This document shows, one piece after another, positions 46,527-56,725 of a stretch of DNA of 64,000 nt. Source of the stretch: an uncultured Acidobacteriota bacterium (GTDB lineage Bacteria > Acidobacteriota > Vicinamibacteria > Vicinamibacterales > UBA2999); contig CAWEBU010000003.1 in assembly GCA_963807405.1 (NCBI GenBank), positions 422,158 through 486,157 on the forward strand, read 5' to 3'. The notes under the pieces are model-generated. The model searched no databases. It saw only the letters and a program-made list of their open reading frames with translations, and had not been told where the DNA came from. The translations under genes were made by a program, and so were the position numbers. Within the stretch, counting starts at the first letter, position 1; each line of letters starts with the position of its first letter.

Positions 46527-47852
46527 GTGACGCGAATCGCCGGCTGGGCGGCGGTGGCCATCGCCGCGCGCCTGCTCGTGTCGTGGGCGGCGGCCGAGGC
46601 CGGCGTCTTCGCCGACATGACGCAGTATCACGAGCGCGCCGTGCACCTGGCCGCGAGCGGCTCGCTGTATCCCGATGCGCTGCGCGGGCCCGGCTATCCG
46701 GCGCTGCTCGCCCTCACCTATTCCCTGTTCGGCGTCTCGTTCTGGTGGGCACGGGTGGCCAACGCCCTCATCGGCGGGGTCCTCACGCTGCTCACTGGCT
46801 GGCTCGCCCGGCGGGCCGGGGCCGGCGAGCGGGCCTGGATCGCGAGCGCCCTCGTGGCCGTCTACCCGGCGCTCGTGCTGTCGTCCGTCTACCTGATGCC
46901 GGAAGGCCTCTACACGCTGCTGGCCGTGCTGGTGCTGCTGCTCGTGCGCCATCGCTCGCTGCCGATCGCGGCGGCGGCGGGCGTCGTCGCGGGAGCGGCG
47001 ATCCTGACCCGCTCGGTAGGCGTGACGCTGGTCGTGGTGGCGGGCGCCGTGCATGCGTGGACGCTGGTGACGGGCGCAGCCTCTCCGCGGGTCGCAGGCG
47101 CACGGCTGGGGGTGTTCGTCGGCGCGTGCGTGCTGGTGCTGGCGCCGTGGCTGGTCTTCACGTCGCGGGTGGCCGGCGGGCCGCTGCTCGACACGACCAG
47201 CGGGATGAACGTGCTGCTCGGCAATCACGCCGGCGCCACCGGCCGGCTCGACATGGCGGACGACGTGCCCCTGCGGCAGGCCCACGTGGTGGGCGCGACC
47301 AGCGAGGCCGACGCCAACGCTCGGGCCCTCCGTGCGGGCGTCGCGTGGGCGGTGGCGCATCCGGCGGCGTCGCTGCGCCTGGCTGGCGCCAAGCTCGGCT
47401 ATCTGTTCGGTCTCGAGGGCCGCGAGCACGCCTGGGGCTACTCGGTGGGCTACTTCGGGGCGCGCCGCACGACGACCGTGACGGCGTGGGGCGGGCTGCT
47501 CCTCGTGTCGTTCCCGTTGCTGGTGGTGGGTGCAGTACTCGGCCTGGTCCGCGCCCGCGGCCCGTGGCAGCCCATCCACGTGGCGCTCGCCGCCTTCGTC
47601 ATCGCCACCGCCGCCCTGCACGTGGTCAGCTTCGGCGAGAGCCGCTTCCATCTGCCGCTCGTGCCGGTGTTCGCCGTGGCCGCGAGCCTCGGCGCGGGCT
47701 CCGTGGCCTCGGCCGGACGCGGGCGGCTGGTGATGGGAGTCGTGGTCGTCGCCGTGCTGGCGCTCGTGTGGGCGAGGCAGGCGCCGGAGCTGCTGGACGC
47801 GCTCGCGGCCCTGCGCGCCCCGAACGGCTGGACCACGCCCCGCCCGTATTAG
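46527..47852 (+). CDS. GT-C fold glycosyltransferase (ArnT/PMT family 39-like)
   Basis: Multi-TM; D..YH, R.PGYP, ESRFHLP. Confidence 0.75.
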   Translation: MTRIAGWAAVAIAARLLVSWAAAEAGVFADMTQYHERAVHLAASGSLYPDALRGPGYPALLALTYSLFGVSFWWARVANALIGGVLTLLTGWLARRAGAGERAWIASALVAVYPALVLSSVYLMPEGLYTLLAVLVLLLVRHRSLPIAAAAGVVAGAAILTRSVGVTLVVVAGAVHAWTLVTGAASPRVAGARLGVFVGACVLVLAPWLVFTSRVAGGPLLDTTSGMNVLLGNHAGATGRLDMADDVPLRQAHVVGATSEADANARALRAGVAWAVAHPAASLRLAGAKLGYLFGLEGREHAWGYSVGYFGARRTTTVTAWGGLLLVSFPLLVVGAVLGLVRARGPWQPIHVALAAFVIATAALHVVSFGESRFHLPLVPVFAVAASLGAGSVASAGRGRLVMGVVVVAVLALVWARQAPELLDALAALRAPNGWTTPRPY

Positions 47853-47908
47853 CCCGGGGCGGACGTCGACCGTGGGGCCCGGGTCAGGGGCCCGGTCAGG
47901 GGTCCGGG

Positions 47909-49573
47909 TTACCGCTCGGTTCGCTTGTAGCCGCGGCCGCGCAGCGGTTTCCCCGGACGCGCCCCGGTGTGCTCGCCCTGGTCAATCACGAGCACGCCGT
48001 TGACCAGCACGTAGGGCACGCCCCGGGCGTACGACTTCGGCCGCTCGAACGAGTTGGTCTCGCCCACGGTCGCCGGATCGAAGATGGCGACGTCGGCCGC
48101 GTAGCCGGTCTTCAGCAATCCGCGATCGGTCAGTCCGAGGATGCGCGCCGGCAGGCCCGTCATCTTCCGCACGGCGTCGGGCAGCGTCAGCACGCGCTCC
48201 TCGCGCACGTAGTGCCCGAGCACGCGGACGTTGGTCGAGTAGTTGCGCGGATGCGGCACGCCAGGCGCGTCGAGGTTGATGGCCGACCCGTCGCTGGCCA
48301 CCGCCACCCACGGCAGGCGCATCACCGTGCGCACGTCGTCCTCCGACATGGTGTGGAAGATGCCGCTGACGTTGCCGCCCTCCTCCGCCATGATCTCGAT
48401 GCAGGTGTCCATCGGATCGGCGTCGCCGCGCAGCTTCGCGATCTCGGCGATGCGCTTGCCCTGATATTGCTGGTTCTTCGCGGTGCGGGCCCGCGCCAGC
48501 GCGATGCCGTCCCAGCCGCCGTGCTCGATCGCCCACGTGGCGAAATCCTTGTCGGTCTTCAGGCGCTGGCGGGCGGCGGGATCCTTGAGGCGCGCGGCGA
48601 ACTTGTCCGGACCGCCCTCGCGGATCCACAGCGGAAAGAACGCACTCCAGCCGTGGAACATGGCCGTGTAGGGATACTGGTTGGCCGTGACGTCGAGGCC
48701 GCGGTCCCTGGCGCTCTCGATCTGGGCGATGTACTTGCCGATGGTGCCCCAGAGCGGCACGCCGCGAATCTTGAAGTGGAAGATGTGGACCGGCATCTTC
48801 GCCTGCGCCGCCACGCGGATGGCGTAGTCGAGCTCGCGCGTCTGCTCGTTGCCTTCGCTGCCGGTGTGCGACGTGTAGTTGCCGCCGTAGCCGGCCACGG
48901 TGCGCGCCATCTCGAGCACCTCTTCGGGATGCTCGGGGCCGCCGCTCTCGAAGCGCGTCACCAGCCCCCAGGCGCCTTCCTCCATCGAGCGCGCGACGTA
49001 GCCCGTCATGGCCTTGCGCTGGGCGGGGGTGGACTCAGCGCGGTCGTAGCCCATGACGACGCGGCGCACCTGCTCGGAGGCGATGTGCGCGATCGTGTTG
49101 ATCGAGATGCCCTGCGTCTCGAGCCGGGCGAAGTACTCGGTGAAGGTGCGCCAGTCGGGGGTGACGCCATCGCCGCCCGCCTCCTCGAGATGGTCGCGCG
49201 GCGCCGCCGACGTGCTCTCGCCGGTGACGTCGAGCGTGACGCCCTGCCGCACCTTGCTCTGGGCCGTGCCGTCGGCGACGAGCGGCATCTCCGAATGGGT
49301 GTGCAGGTCGATGAAGCCGGGCGCCACGACCAGGCCGGTGGCGTCCACGGTGCGCCGTGCCGGCTGGCCGGCCAGGGCGCCGATGGCAACCACCCGGTCG
49401 CCGCGGATGCCGACGTCCGCCCGCACCGCCGCCGCGCCGGTGCCGTCGAGCACCTGGCCGCCGGTGATGAGGACGTCGAAGGGAGGGGCCTGGCCCGAGG
49501 TGGACGCCGTCCACGCCGCCACCACGGCCGTCAGCATCGCCCCGGTCCACCGCGCGCGCATCGTCAGGTGCAT
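47909..49573 (-). CDS. N-acyl-D-amino-acid deacylase (D-aminoacylase)
   Basis: APGFIDLHTH, YPYTA, SDG, HPR, GYAADVAIFD; GGAGG RBS. Confidence 0.92.
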   Translation of the reverse strand: MHLTMRARWTGAMLTAVVAAWTASTSGQAPPFDVLITGGQVLDGTGAAAVRADVGIRGDRVVAIGALAGQPARRTVDATGLVVAPGFIDLHTHSEMPLVADGTAQSKVRQGVTLDVTGESTSAAPRDHLEEAGGDGVTPDWRTFTEYFARLETQGISINTIAHIASEQVRRVVMGYDRAESTPAQRKAMTGYVARSMEEGAWGLVTRFESGGPEHPEEVLEMARTVAGYGGNYTSHTGSEGNEQTRELDYAIRVAAQAKMPVHIFHFKIRGVPLWGTIGKYIAQIESARDRGLDVTANQYPYTAMFHGWSAFFPLWIREGGPDKFAARLKDPAARQRLKTDKDFATWAIEHGGWDGIALARARTAKNQQYQGKRIAEIAKLRGDADPMDTCIEIMAEEGGNVSGIFHTMSEDDVRTVMRLPWVAVASDGSAINLDAPGVPHPRNYSTNVRVLGHYVREERVLTLPDAVRKMTGLPARILGLTDRGLLKTGYAADVAIFDPATVGETNSFERPKSYARGVPYVLVNGVLVIDQGEHTGARPGKPLRGRGYKRTER

Positions 49574-49593
49574 GGTCTTGCCTCCGCGCGCGA

Positions 49594-49647
49594 TTGTAAC
49601 GGGGTCTGTCACGGTAAGGGTTTGTAACGGGGTCTGTCACGGTCACC
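49594..49647. repeat. REP cluster 4 (2 forward copies only)
   Basis: Copies at 49594 and 49622, in a divergent intergenic region. Confidence 0.9.
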
Positions 49648-49742
49648 AAAGCCTCTGCCCCCGTGGCATCGGGAGGGGCGGGGCAGATGGCGTGGGTGGC
49701 GGATTCTGCGACACTAGAGCCGTGACTCCAAGGTTCCTCCCC

Positions 49743-52543
49743 ATGCGTACGACCCTCCGTCGGTTCGTCCTCGTCTCCACCTCCACCGTGCTGGCCCTGG
49801 CGGCGGCCGTCACCCTCCTCGGGCAACCGGCGCGCGTCACGACGCCGCGTCTCACGGCCCCCGAGGCGTTCTTCGGCCACCCGATCGGTGCCGACTACGT
49901 GCTGCCGAACTACACGAAGTTCACGGAGTACGTGCGGCTGCTCGACAAGGAGTCCGACCGCATGGTCGTCCAGTCGATCGGCAAGACGGCCGAGGGTCGC
50001 GAGCAGTTGATGGCCATCATCACGCGCCCCCGAGAACTTTGCGAAGCTCGATCGCTACCGCGAGATCGCGCGCCGGCTCGCCCGCGCCGAGGGCCTCACC
50101 GACGACACCGCCCGCGCGCTCGCGAGAGAAGGCAAGGCCGTCATCTGGATCGACGGCGGCCTGCACGCCACCGAGGTGCTCGGCGCGCAGCAGCTGCTCG
50201 AGACCATCTGGCAGTTCGCCAGCAAGACCGACGAAGAGACGCTGCGTATCCTGCGCGACACGATCATCCTGGCCGCGCACGCCAATCCGGACGGCATGGA
50301 GCTGGTCTCCGACTGGTACATGCGCAAGCCGACACCCACCGAGCGCAGCACCGGACAGATCCCGCGGCTCTACCAGAAGTACGTCGGCCACGACAACAAC
50401 CGCGACTTCTACGCGATGAACCAGCCGGAGAGCACCAACATCAACCGCGTGCTCTACCGCGAGTGGTATCCGCAGATCGTCTACAACCACCATCAGACGG
50501 GTCCGACCGGCACGGTGATGTTCTCGCCGCCGTTCCGCGATCCCTTCAACTACGCCTACGACCCGCTCGTCATCAACACCCTCGATCAGGTGGGCGCGGC
50601 CATGCACGCGCGCTTCGACGCCGAAGGCAAGCCCGGCGTGACGACGCGATCGGGCTCGAACTACTCCACCTGGTGGAACGGTGGCCTGCGCACGATGGTC
50701 TACTTCCACAACCAGGTGGGACTGCTCACCGAGACGATTGGCAACCCGACGCCCGAGCAGATCGGCTTCGTGCCCGATCGCCTGATCCCGCGCGGCGACT
50801 ACGCGGCCCCGATTGCGCCGCAGACCTGGCACTTCCGTCAGTCGGTCGACTACTCGCTGACCGCCAACTACGCCGTGCTCGACTTCGCGCAGCGTTACCG
50901 CGAGACGCTGCTCTACAACATCTATCTGATGGGCCGTAACGCCATCCGGCGCGGCTCGACCGACACCTGGACCGACTACCCGAAGCGGGTCGCCCAGGTG
51001 AAAGCCGAGATCGCCAGGGACATGAAGACCGAGGCCAGCGATCCGCGCATGGTGGCGGGCGGCCGCGCCCAGACGGTGCCAGCGAAGTACTTCCAGCTGC
51101 TGCGCAAGCCCGAGTGGCGCGACGCGCGGGCCTACGTCGTGCCGGCCGACCGCGGCGACTTCCTCACCTCGACCAGGTTCGTGAACGCGCTGATCAAAGC
51201 CGGCGTGGTCGTGCATCGCGCCACGGGACCGTTCAGCGCGGGCGGCACGCAGTATCCGGCCGGCTCGTTCGTGGTCAAGGCAGCGCAGGCCTTCGGTCCA
51301 CACGTCCTCGACATGTTCGAACCGCAGGATCACCCGAACGACTTCCAGTATCCGGGCGGACCGCCGATTCCGCCGTACGACAACGCGGGCTGGACACTGG
51401 CCTTCCAGATGGGCGTCGTCTTCGACCGGCATCTCGAGACCGTGGACGGGCCGCTCGAGGCGCTGACCGATCTGGCCAGACCGGCGCCGGGCACCGTGTC
51501 GTCCCCGGCCGGCACGACCGGCTACGCCATCGCCCACAAACACAACGACGCGTTCATCGTCGTGAATCGCCTGCTCAAGGCCGGCGACGAGGTCTACTTC
51601 GTGGCCGATCGCCGCTGGCAGAGCACGGACGGCACGGGCGCCATCTACGTGCCGGCCAGGCCGTCGACGGCGGCCGTGCTGCAGAAGGCCGCGACCGACC
51701 TCGGCATCAGCGCGGTGGGCGTGACGGCACGGCCGGGCGGCACGCTGCACAAGCTGCGCAAGCCGCGCATCGGTCTGTGGGATCAGTACGGCGGCTCGAT
51801 GCCCTCGGGACACGTCCGCTGGCTGCTCGAGCAGTTCGAGTTCGACTTCGAGGTCGTGTTCCCGCAGACGCTCGATGCCGGCAACCTGAACGCGAAGTAC
51901 GACGTGCTGCTGTTCCCCGATGGCGGCATCCCCGAGAACGCGGGCGGCGGAGGCGGGTTCTTCGGGCGTCAGCCGAAGGCCGAAGAGATCCCGGAGCAGT
52001 ATCGGCGCGCATCTCGGCAGCGTGACGATCGACAAGACCGTGCCACGCCTCAAGCAGTTCGCCGAGGCCGGCGGCGTGCTGGTGGCGTTCGGCGGCTCCG
52101 CGGTGCTCGGGCATCATCTTGGTCTGCCGGTGCGCGACCATCTGGTCGAGGTCACGCCGGCTGGCGTCGAGCGCGCGCTGCCGCGCGACAAGTACTACGT
52201 GCCGGGTTCGATCCTGCGGGTGGCGGTGGACAACACGTCGCCGCTCGGATTCGGCTTCGGGACCGAGGTCGACGTGCTGTTCGAAAACAGTCCGGTGCTG
52301 GAGCTGGCCCCGAACGCCGCGCTCGCGGGCGTGCGGCCGGTGGCGTGGTTCGGCGACGAGCCGCCGCTGCGGTCAGGCTGGGCGTGGGGTCAGCACTACC
52401 TCCGCGGAGGGGTCGCCGCGGTCGATGCCTCGCTCGGCAAGGGCCGGGTGCTCCTGTTCGGCCCGGAGATCACGTTCCGCGCCCAGCCGCACGGCACGTT
52501 CAAGTTCCTGTTCAACAGCATCTTCGCTGGCACCGCCGAGTAA
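49743..52543 (+). CDS. M14 zinc carboxypeptidase family protein; frameshifts near 50025 and 52008
   Basis: GLHATE, NPDG, GHDNNRD, NHHQ; C-terminal HGTFKFLFN. Confidence 0.88.
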
Positions 52544-52544
52544 C

Positions 52545-52625
52545 TTGTAACGGGGTCTGTCACCACCATCATTTGTAACGGGGTCTGTCACCACCACGAT
52601 TTGTCACGGGGTCTGTCACGGTCAC
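52545..52625. repeat. REP cluster 5, left flank of the transposase (3 forward copies)
   Basis: Copies at 52545, 52573 and 52601 (the last is the variant TTGTCAC...). Confidence 0.92.
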
Positions 52626-52682
52626 GCGACCGGGCAGATCCTGCAACTGCGCGAACGGCCCGGGACTTGCGAGGCGTCGACC

Positions 52683-53309
52683 ATGCCTCGCGTATCCAGG
52701 ACAGCTGTTGAACGCTCCATCGTGCACGTCGTGAACCGCGGCAACGACCGGCGACGCCTCTTCGCGTTCCGTGGTGACTACGACGTCTTTGTCGGGATTC
52801 TGACCGCTGGCCAACGCCGGGAAGGACTCCGGCTCCTTGGCTATGTGGTGATGCCCAATCACTGGCACCTCGTGGCCTGGCCCGAGTCGGTCCAGCAGCT
52901 GTCGCGATTCATGCAACGCGTGACGTCGGCTCACGCGGCAATTGTTCGCACCCACAGTCACTCCACGGGTCACGGACATGTCTATCAGGGTCGCTACCAC
53001 GCGACGGTAGTGACCAACGACGACCAGTTGATGCGCACGCTGCGCTACGTCGAGGCGAACCCGGTGCGCGCCGGGCTCGTGGCACGCGCGGAGTTCTGGC
53101 GGTGGTCGAGCCTCGACGAGCGCCTTGGCGCGTTACGCCTCATCACCGACCCGCCGGTTCCGTTGCCAGCCCTCAAGGCGTGGCTCGATCTCGTCAATAC
53201 GCCGATGTCCGCGGCCGACCGGCCAGACACTCCCCGCAGGCCTCGACTGGGCGTAGCGGTCGCCATCGACGCGGCGACGAGTGCCGCCGCCGATGCCGAC
53301 CGGCAGTGA
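52683..53309 (+). CDS. REP-associated tyrosine transposase (RAYT, IS200-like Y1/HUH)
   Basis: HVVNRGN, MPNHWHL (HUH), YQGRY, catalytic YVEANPVRAGLV, WRWSS. Confidence 0.9.
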   Translation: MPRVSRTAVERSIVHVVNRGNDRRRLFAFRGDYDVFVGILTAGQRREGLRLLGYVVMPNHWHLVAWPESVQQLSRFMQRVTSAHAAIVRTHSHSTGHGHVYQGRYHATVVTNDDQLMRTLRYVEANPVRAGLVARAEFWRWSSLDERLGALRLITDPPVPLPALKAWLDLVNTPMSAADRPDTPRRPRLGVAVAIDAATSAAADADRQ

Positions 53310-53358
53310 CCGTGACAGACCCGATTACAAATGATGACGGTGACAGACCCCGTTACAA
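53306..53358. repeat. REP cluster 6, right flank of the transposase (2 reverse copies)
   Basis: GTGACAGACCCGATTACAA (variant) at 53312; consensus copy at 53340. Confidence 0.92.
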
Positions 53359-53365
53359 TTGCGGC

Positions 53366-53935
53366 ATGAATTACTACTCCGGCAAAGACCTGGCCGGTGC
53401 CTTCCGCACCGTCCGTCAGAACACCATTCAGACCGCGCAGGACATCCCCGACGACCAGTACGGCTTCGCCGCCGCCGACGGTTGCATGACGGTGGGCGCG
53501 ATGCTGGCCCACCTGGCCGCCACCACCAGCTTCCATCACCAGATGCACGGCATCGACAAGAAGTCGGACGTCTCCATGCAGGACTTCGGCGGCTACATGG
53601 CCGCGGTGCAGCAGATCCAGGGCACGCTCACGACCAAGGCGACCATCCTCGACGCGCTGAAGACGCGCGGCGACGAGTTCGCCAGCTGGCTCGAGACCCT
53701 CACCGACGCGCAGCTCGGCGAGCACGTGACCTTCCCGGCCGGCATGCAGCCGCCGAGCAAGTGCCGCTTCGAGATGCTGCTCGGCGCCAAGGAACACGAG
53801 ATGCACCACCGCGGGCAGCTGATGGTGATCCAGCGCCTGCTCGGCATCACGCCGCACCTCACGCGCCAGCGTCAGGAAGCGATGGCCGCCCGCGCGGCCG
53901 CCGCCGCCGCACCAGCCGCGACACCCGCCAGCTAA
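53366..53935 (+). CDS. DinB family protein
   Basis: TVGAMLAHLA, EHEMHHRGQL. Confidence 0.88.
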   Translation: MNYYSGKDLAGAFRTVRQNTIQTAQDIPDDQYGFAAADGCMTVGAMLAHLAATTSFHHQMHGIDKKSDVSMQDFGGYMAAVQQIQGTLTTKATILDALKTRGDEFASWLETLTDAQLGEHVTFPAGMQPPSKCRFEMLLGAKEHEMHHRGQLMVIQRLLGITPHLTRQRQEAMAARAAAAAAPAATPAS

Positions 53936-55518
53936 CGCTCGCCCGGTGCGTCGCTGGCGCCTCGCGCCCGCGCGCGCCAGATCGCCGCCTGTTCGCGATG
54001 GTCCGCCATCACGGCAGGCGGCAGCTTCCCGAGCGCCGCCAGCGGCACGGCCATGCGGTTGTTCGTCGCCAGCCGGGCGCGCTGCCGCTCCAGGAAGTCC
54101 CAGTAGAGATGGTTGAGCGGACACGCGTCCGCACCGCTCGTCTTCTTCGGCGTGAAGCGGCACCCGGCACACAGACTCGGGCCCATGCGCTGGATGTACT
54201 TGCCGGACGACACGTATGGCTTGCTGCCCACGATGCCGCCATCCGCCCACGTCGCCATCCCCACCACGTTCGGCGTGACCACCCACTCGTAGGCGTCGAC
54301 GTAGGCCTCCCAGAACCAGTCGTTGAGCGCGTGCGGATCGACGCCGAGCAGCGTGGCGATGTTCGAGAGCACCATCAGCCGCGTGATGTGATGGCTGTAG
54401 CCGTGCGCCAGCACCTGCGCGACCGTGGTGTCGAGACAGTGCATCCCCGACGGCGTGCCCCAGTACCAGTCGGGCAGCGGCAGATCGGCCGCGAGCGCGT
54501 TGGCCGTCTGGTAGTGCGCGCGATGTTCCTCGTAGACGTGCCGCACGAACTCACGCCAGCCGATCACCTGGCGGATGAACCCCTCCGCGGACGCCAGCGG
54601 CAGCGCGCCAGCGCGATACGCCGCGTCGGCACGCCAGCACAGCGCGAGCGGATCGAGCAGCCCCAGATTCAGCGGCGCAGCGAGCAGCGAGTGAAAGAGC
54701 ACCGGCTCGCCCACCGCCATCGCATCTTCGAAGGGGCCAAAGGACGCGAGCCGCGCCGCGAAGAACTCGTCCACCGCACGCGCGGCGTCCTCGGCCGTCA
54801 CCGGCCACGCGAACCCCTCGACCGACCCGAGCGAGGCGGGATAGCGCCCGGCCACCAGCGCCATCACCTCGCGCGTCAGGGCGTCCGGCGCAAAGGTGAG
54901 CGGCGCCGGTGCCGGCGGATCGCCCTTCCACGCACGCCGGTTCTCGGCGTCGTAGTTCCACGCGCCGCCCAACGGCTTCCCGCCCTCCATGAGGAGTCCG
55001 GTCTCGGTCCGCACCGCGCGGTAGAACGTCTCGAGCCGGCGTGACTTCGCCTTCGCGAACACGCGATCGTAGACCTCTGAGTCGGTGGCCCACAGCGTGT
55101 TCGGGTGCAGTGTCAGCCACTTCAACGCGCGCAACGGCTCGCGGACCTCGGCCTCGGCCGGTTCGAGCGCATGCACCTCGCCCAGGTCGTAGCGGTCGCG
55201 GGCCTCGGCGAGGGCTCCGTCATACCACTCGTCCGACACGTGGTAGCGCACGGGATGGCCCGCCCGGCCGCGCGCCTCGGCGTCGTGCCGCATCGCACTC
55301 AGGAGCAGCACGAGTTTGTGGGCGTGATAGCGGCGGCGCGCCGGCTTGGCGGTGCTCTCGATGTAGAGCACGCCGGTGTCACCGGGCGGCCCCTGCAGCA
55401 ACGGATGCGCCGGGCGGAGCTGGTCGTAGAACACCATCACCCACCGGCGCGGCCCCTGCCCGGTCGCCGGTGCAAAGCGGCGAATCGCGCGCAGGAACGG
55501 CGTGGCGGTCGCGGTCAC
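53932..55518 (-). CDS. Cryptochrome/photolyase family protein (FeS-BCP, PhrB/CryB-like)
   Basis: DQL, HAHKLVL..SAMRH, GGAWNYDAENR, GFIRQVIGWRE, YSHHITRLM, DAYEWV, KPYVSSG; four Cys (MHC, CAGC, ACP). Confidence 0.9.
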   Translation of the reverse strand: MTATATPFLRAIRRFAPATGQGPRRWVMVFYDQLRPAHPLLQGPPGDTGVLYIESTAKPARRRYHAHKLVLLLSAMRHDAEARGRAGHPVRYHVSDEWYDGALAEARDRYDLGEVHALEPAEAEVREPLRALKWLTLHPNTLWATDSEVYDRVFAKAKSRRLETFYRAVRTETGLLMEGGKPLGGAWNYDAENRRAWKGDPPAPAPLTFAPDALTREVMALVAGRYPASLGSVEGFAWPVTAEDAARAVDEFFAARLASFGPFEDAMAVGEPVLFHSLLAAPLNLGLLDPLALCWRADAAYRAGALPLASAEGFIRQVIGWREFVRHVYEEHRAHYQTANALAADLPLPDWYWGTPSGMHCLDTTVAQVLAHGYSHHITRLMVLSNIATLLGVDPHALNDWFWEAYVDAYEWVVTPNVVGMATWADGGIVGSKPYVSSGKYIQRMGPSLCAGCRFTPKKTSGADACPLNHLYWDFLERQRARLATNNRMAVPLAALGKLPPAVMADHREQAAIWRARARGASDAPGER

Positions 55519-55946
55519 GGCGTGCGCAGGGCCTCGAGGATCAGCCACGACGCCACCAGAGCCCGCGCCGTCCATGCCGCGGTGCGGATCCAGTTGGTGG
55601 CCACGAGACTGTCGATGACGGCGGAGTCGAAGCCGGACGCGAGCCGGGCGTGACGGGGCACCGAGATGAGAAAGGTCGCGCCCCAGACCACGGCGAGGAG
55701 AACGGCGCCCGCCCAGGAGGCCGCGGACGGCCGCGCGACCGCGAGCCAGATGGCACAGCCCGCCTCCAGCAGCATCAGCGGACCGACGACGAGCGTGGTC
55801 AGACGCGAGTGCGCGGCGTGATAGGCCGCGAAGCCGGCGGGACCAACCGCCCGCATCAGCGGATAGTGGACCACCTGCACGAACCAGATGAGGCCCGTCA
55901 TCGCCCAGGTGGCAGCGGCGTGGATGATGATGGTCACCAACAACAT
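55515..55946 (-). CDS. Small 4-TM membrane protein
   Basis: GLIWFVQVVHYP, VPRH, NWIRT; GTGA overlap with the photolyase gene. Confidence 0.75.
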   Translation of the reverse strand: MLLVTIIIHAAATWAMTGLIWFVQVVHYPLMRAVGPAGFAAYHAAHSRLTTLVVGPLMLLEAGCAIWLAVARPSAASWAGAVLLAVVWGATFLISVPRHARLASGFDSAVIDSLVATNWIRTAAWTARALVASWLILEALRTP

Positions 55947-56062
55947 GATGGCATGCCCGCGCAGCGCCGCCGCCGGTGGTCCGGCGGAAGCGCCGCGCAG
56001 GGGAAGCGCGAGGCCGACTCCTGCGGCCTGGCGCACGGAAGTGGGAGCACGACTCACGCGTC

Positions 56063-56725
56063 CTAGGGCACGGCCTGCACGATGAAGTCGAACGTGCCGC
56101 CGCTCACCGAGCCGATCGCGTAGACGAAGTAGCGCACGCCGGCATTGAACGACAGCGTCGCCGGCTGCGTGACGGCCGCGCCCGTGAACGGCACCTGGAG
56201 CTGCAGCGGAATCGCCACGCCCCCGGGCACTTCGAGATCGCCGAAGTAGGGATTCGTGACGGCCAGCTTCGGCACGCCGCCCGCGGTCAACTGCACGGCA
56301 GGCGCCTGTGCGGCGTGCCGCACGCTCACCCGGGCCGCGCCCGGCAGGGGCGCCGAGTTGTCGTTCGTGTAGATGGTGGCGGTGGGAGCGCCCATGCCAT
56401 CGAGATGGGCGACGATGCTGATCTCGCCAGGGCCGGGCACCGCGGCGCCGAGCACCGCGATCACCGGCATCGCCGTCTGCGGGTCGGCGCCCTGCGCGAA
56501 GATCCGGATGTCGACGTTGGCCGGCCCGGCGGTCAGGTCGACGATCTGCTTGGGCTGGAAGTTGGCGACCGTCGGCGTGGCGGGAATGGGCGCGCCGGCG
56601 AGCGTGGCATAGACATCGACGGGGACACCGGGGATGCCGTGAATGATGAAGACGCGTGCCGCTTCAGCGGCCGACGCGGAGACGAGAAGGGCGAACACGA
56701 ACACCAGGGTCGAGACGATACGCAT
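56063..56725 (-). CDS. DUF4397-like secreted protein
   Basis: Signal peptide; ARVFIIHGIPGVPVDVY, ARVSVRHAAQAPAV. Confidence 0.7.
   Translation of the reverse strand: MRIVSTLVFVFALLVSASAAEAARVFIIHGIPGVPVDVYATLAGAPIPATPTVANFQPKQIVDLTAGPANVDIRIFAQGADPQTAMPVIAVLGAAVPGPGEISIVAHLDGMGAPTATIYTNDNSAPLPGAARVSVRHAAQAPAVQLTAGGVPKLAVTNPYFGDLEVPGGVAIPLQLQVPFTGAAVTQPATLSFNAGVRYFVYAIGSVSGGTFDFIVQAVP

Larger units (their letters stand above)
52545..53358 (+). mobile_element. REP-flanked RAYT locus (putative autonomous element)
   Basis: HUH/Y1 transposase gene bracketed by inverted arrays of the dispersed repeat. Confidence 0.8.

Noticed and set aside
47874..47910. GGGGCCC(G)GGTCA-like short tandem run between convergent genes
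   Set aside because: Three imperfect units in GC-rich DNA with no other copies seen. Function cannot be supported.
46583..49627. Very long alternative-frame or antisense ORFs (also 19962-22499, 29354-32116, 37901-40684, 45159-47651)
   Set aside because: They are shadow ORFs of high-GC coding sequence, Arg/Gly/Ala-rich and without motifs, and they overlap well-supported genes.
52545..52625. Repeat-spacer pattern resembling a mini CRISPR array
   Set aside because: Spacers are only 9 nt, arrays have 2-3 units and invert, and there are no cas genes. It fits REP/REPIN instead.
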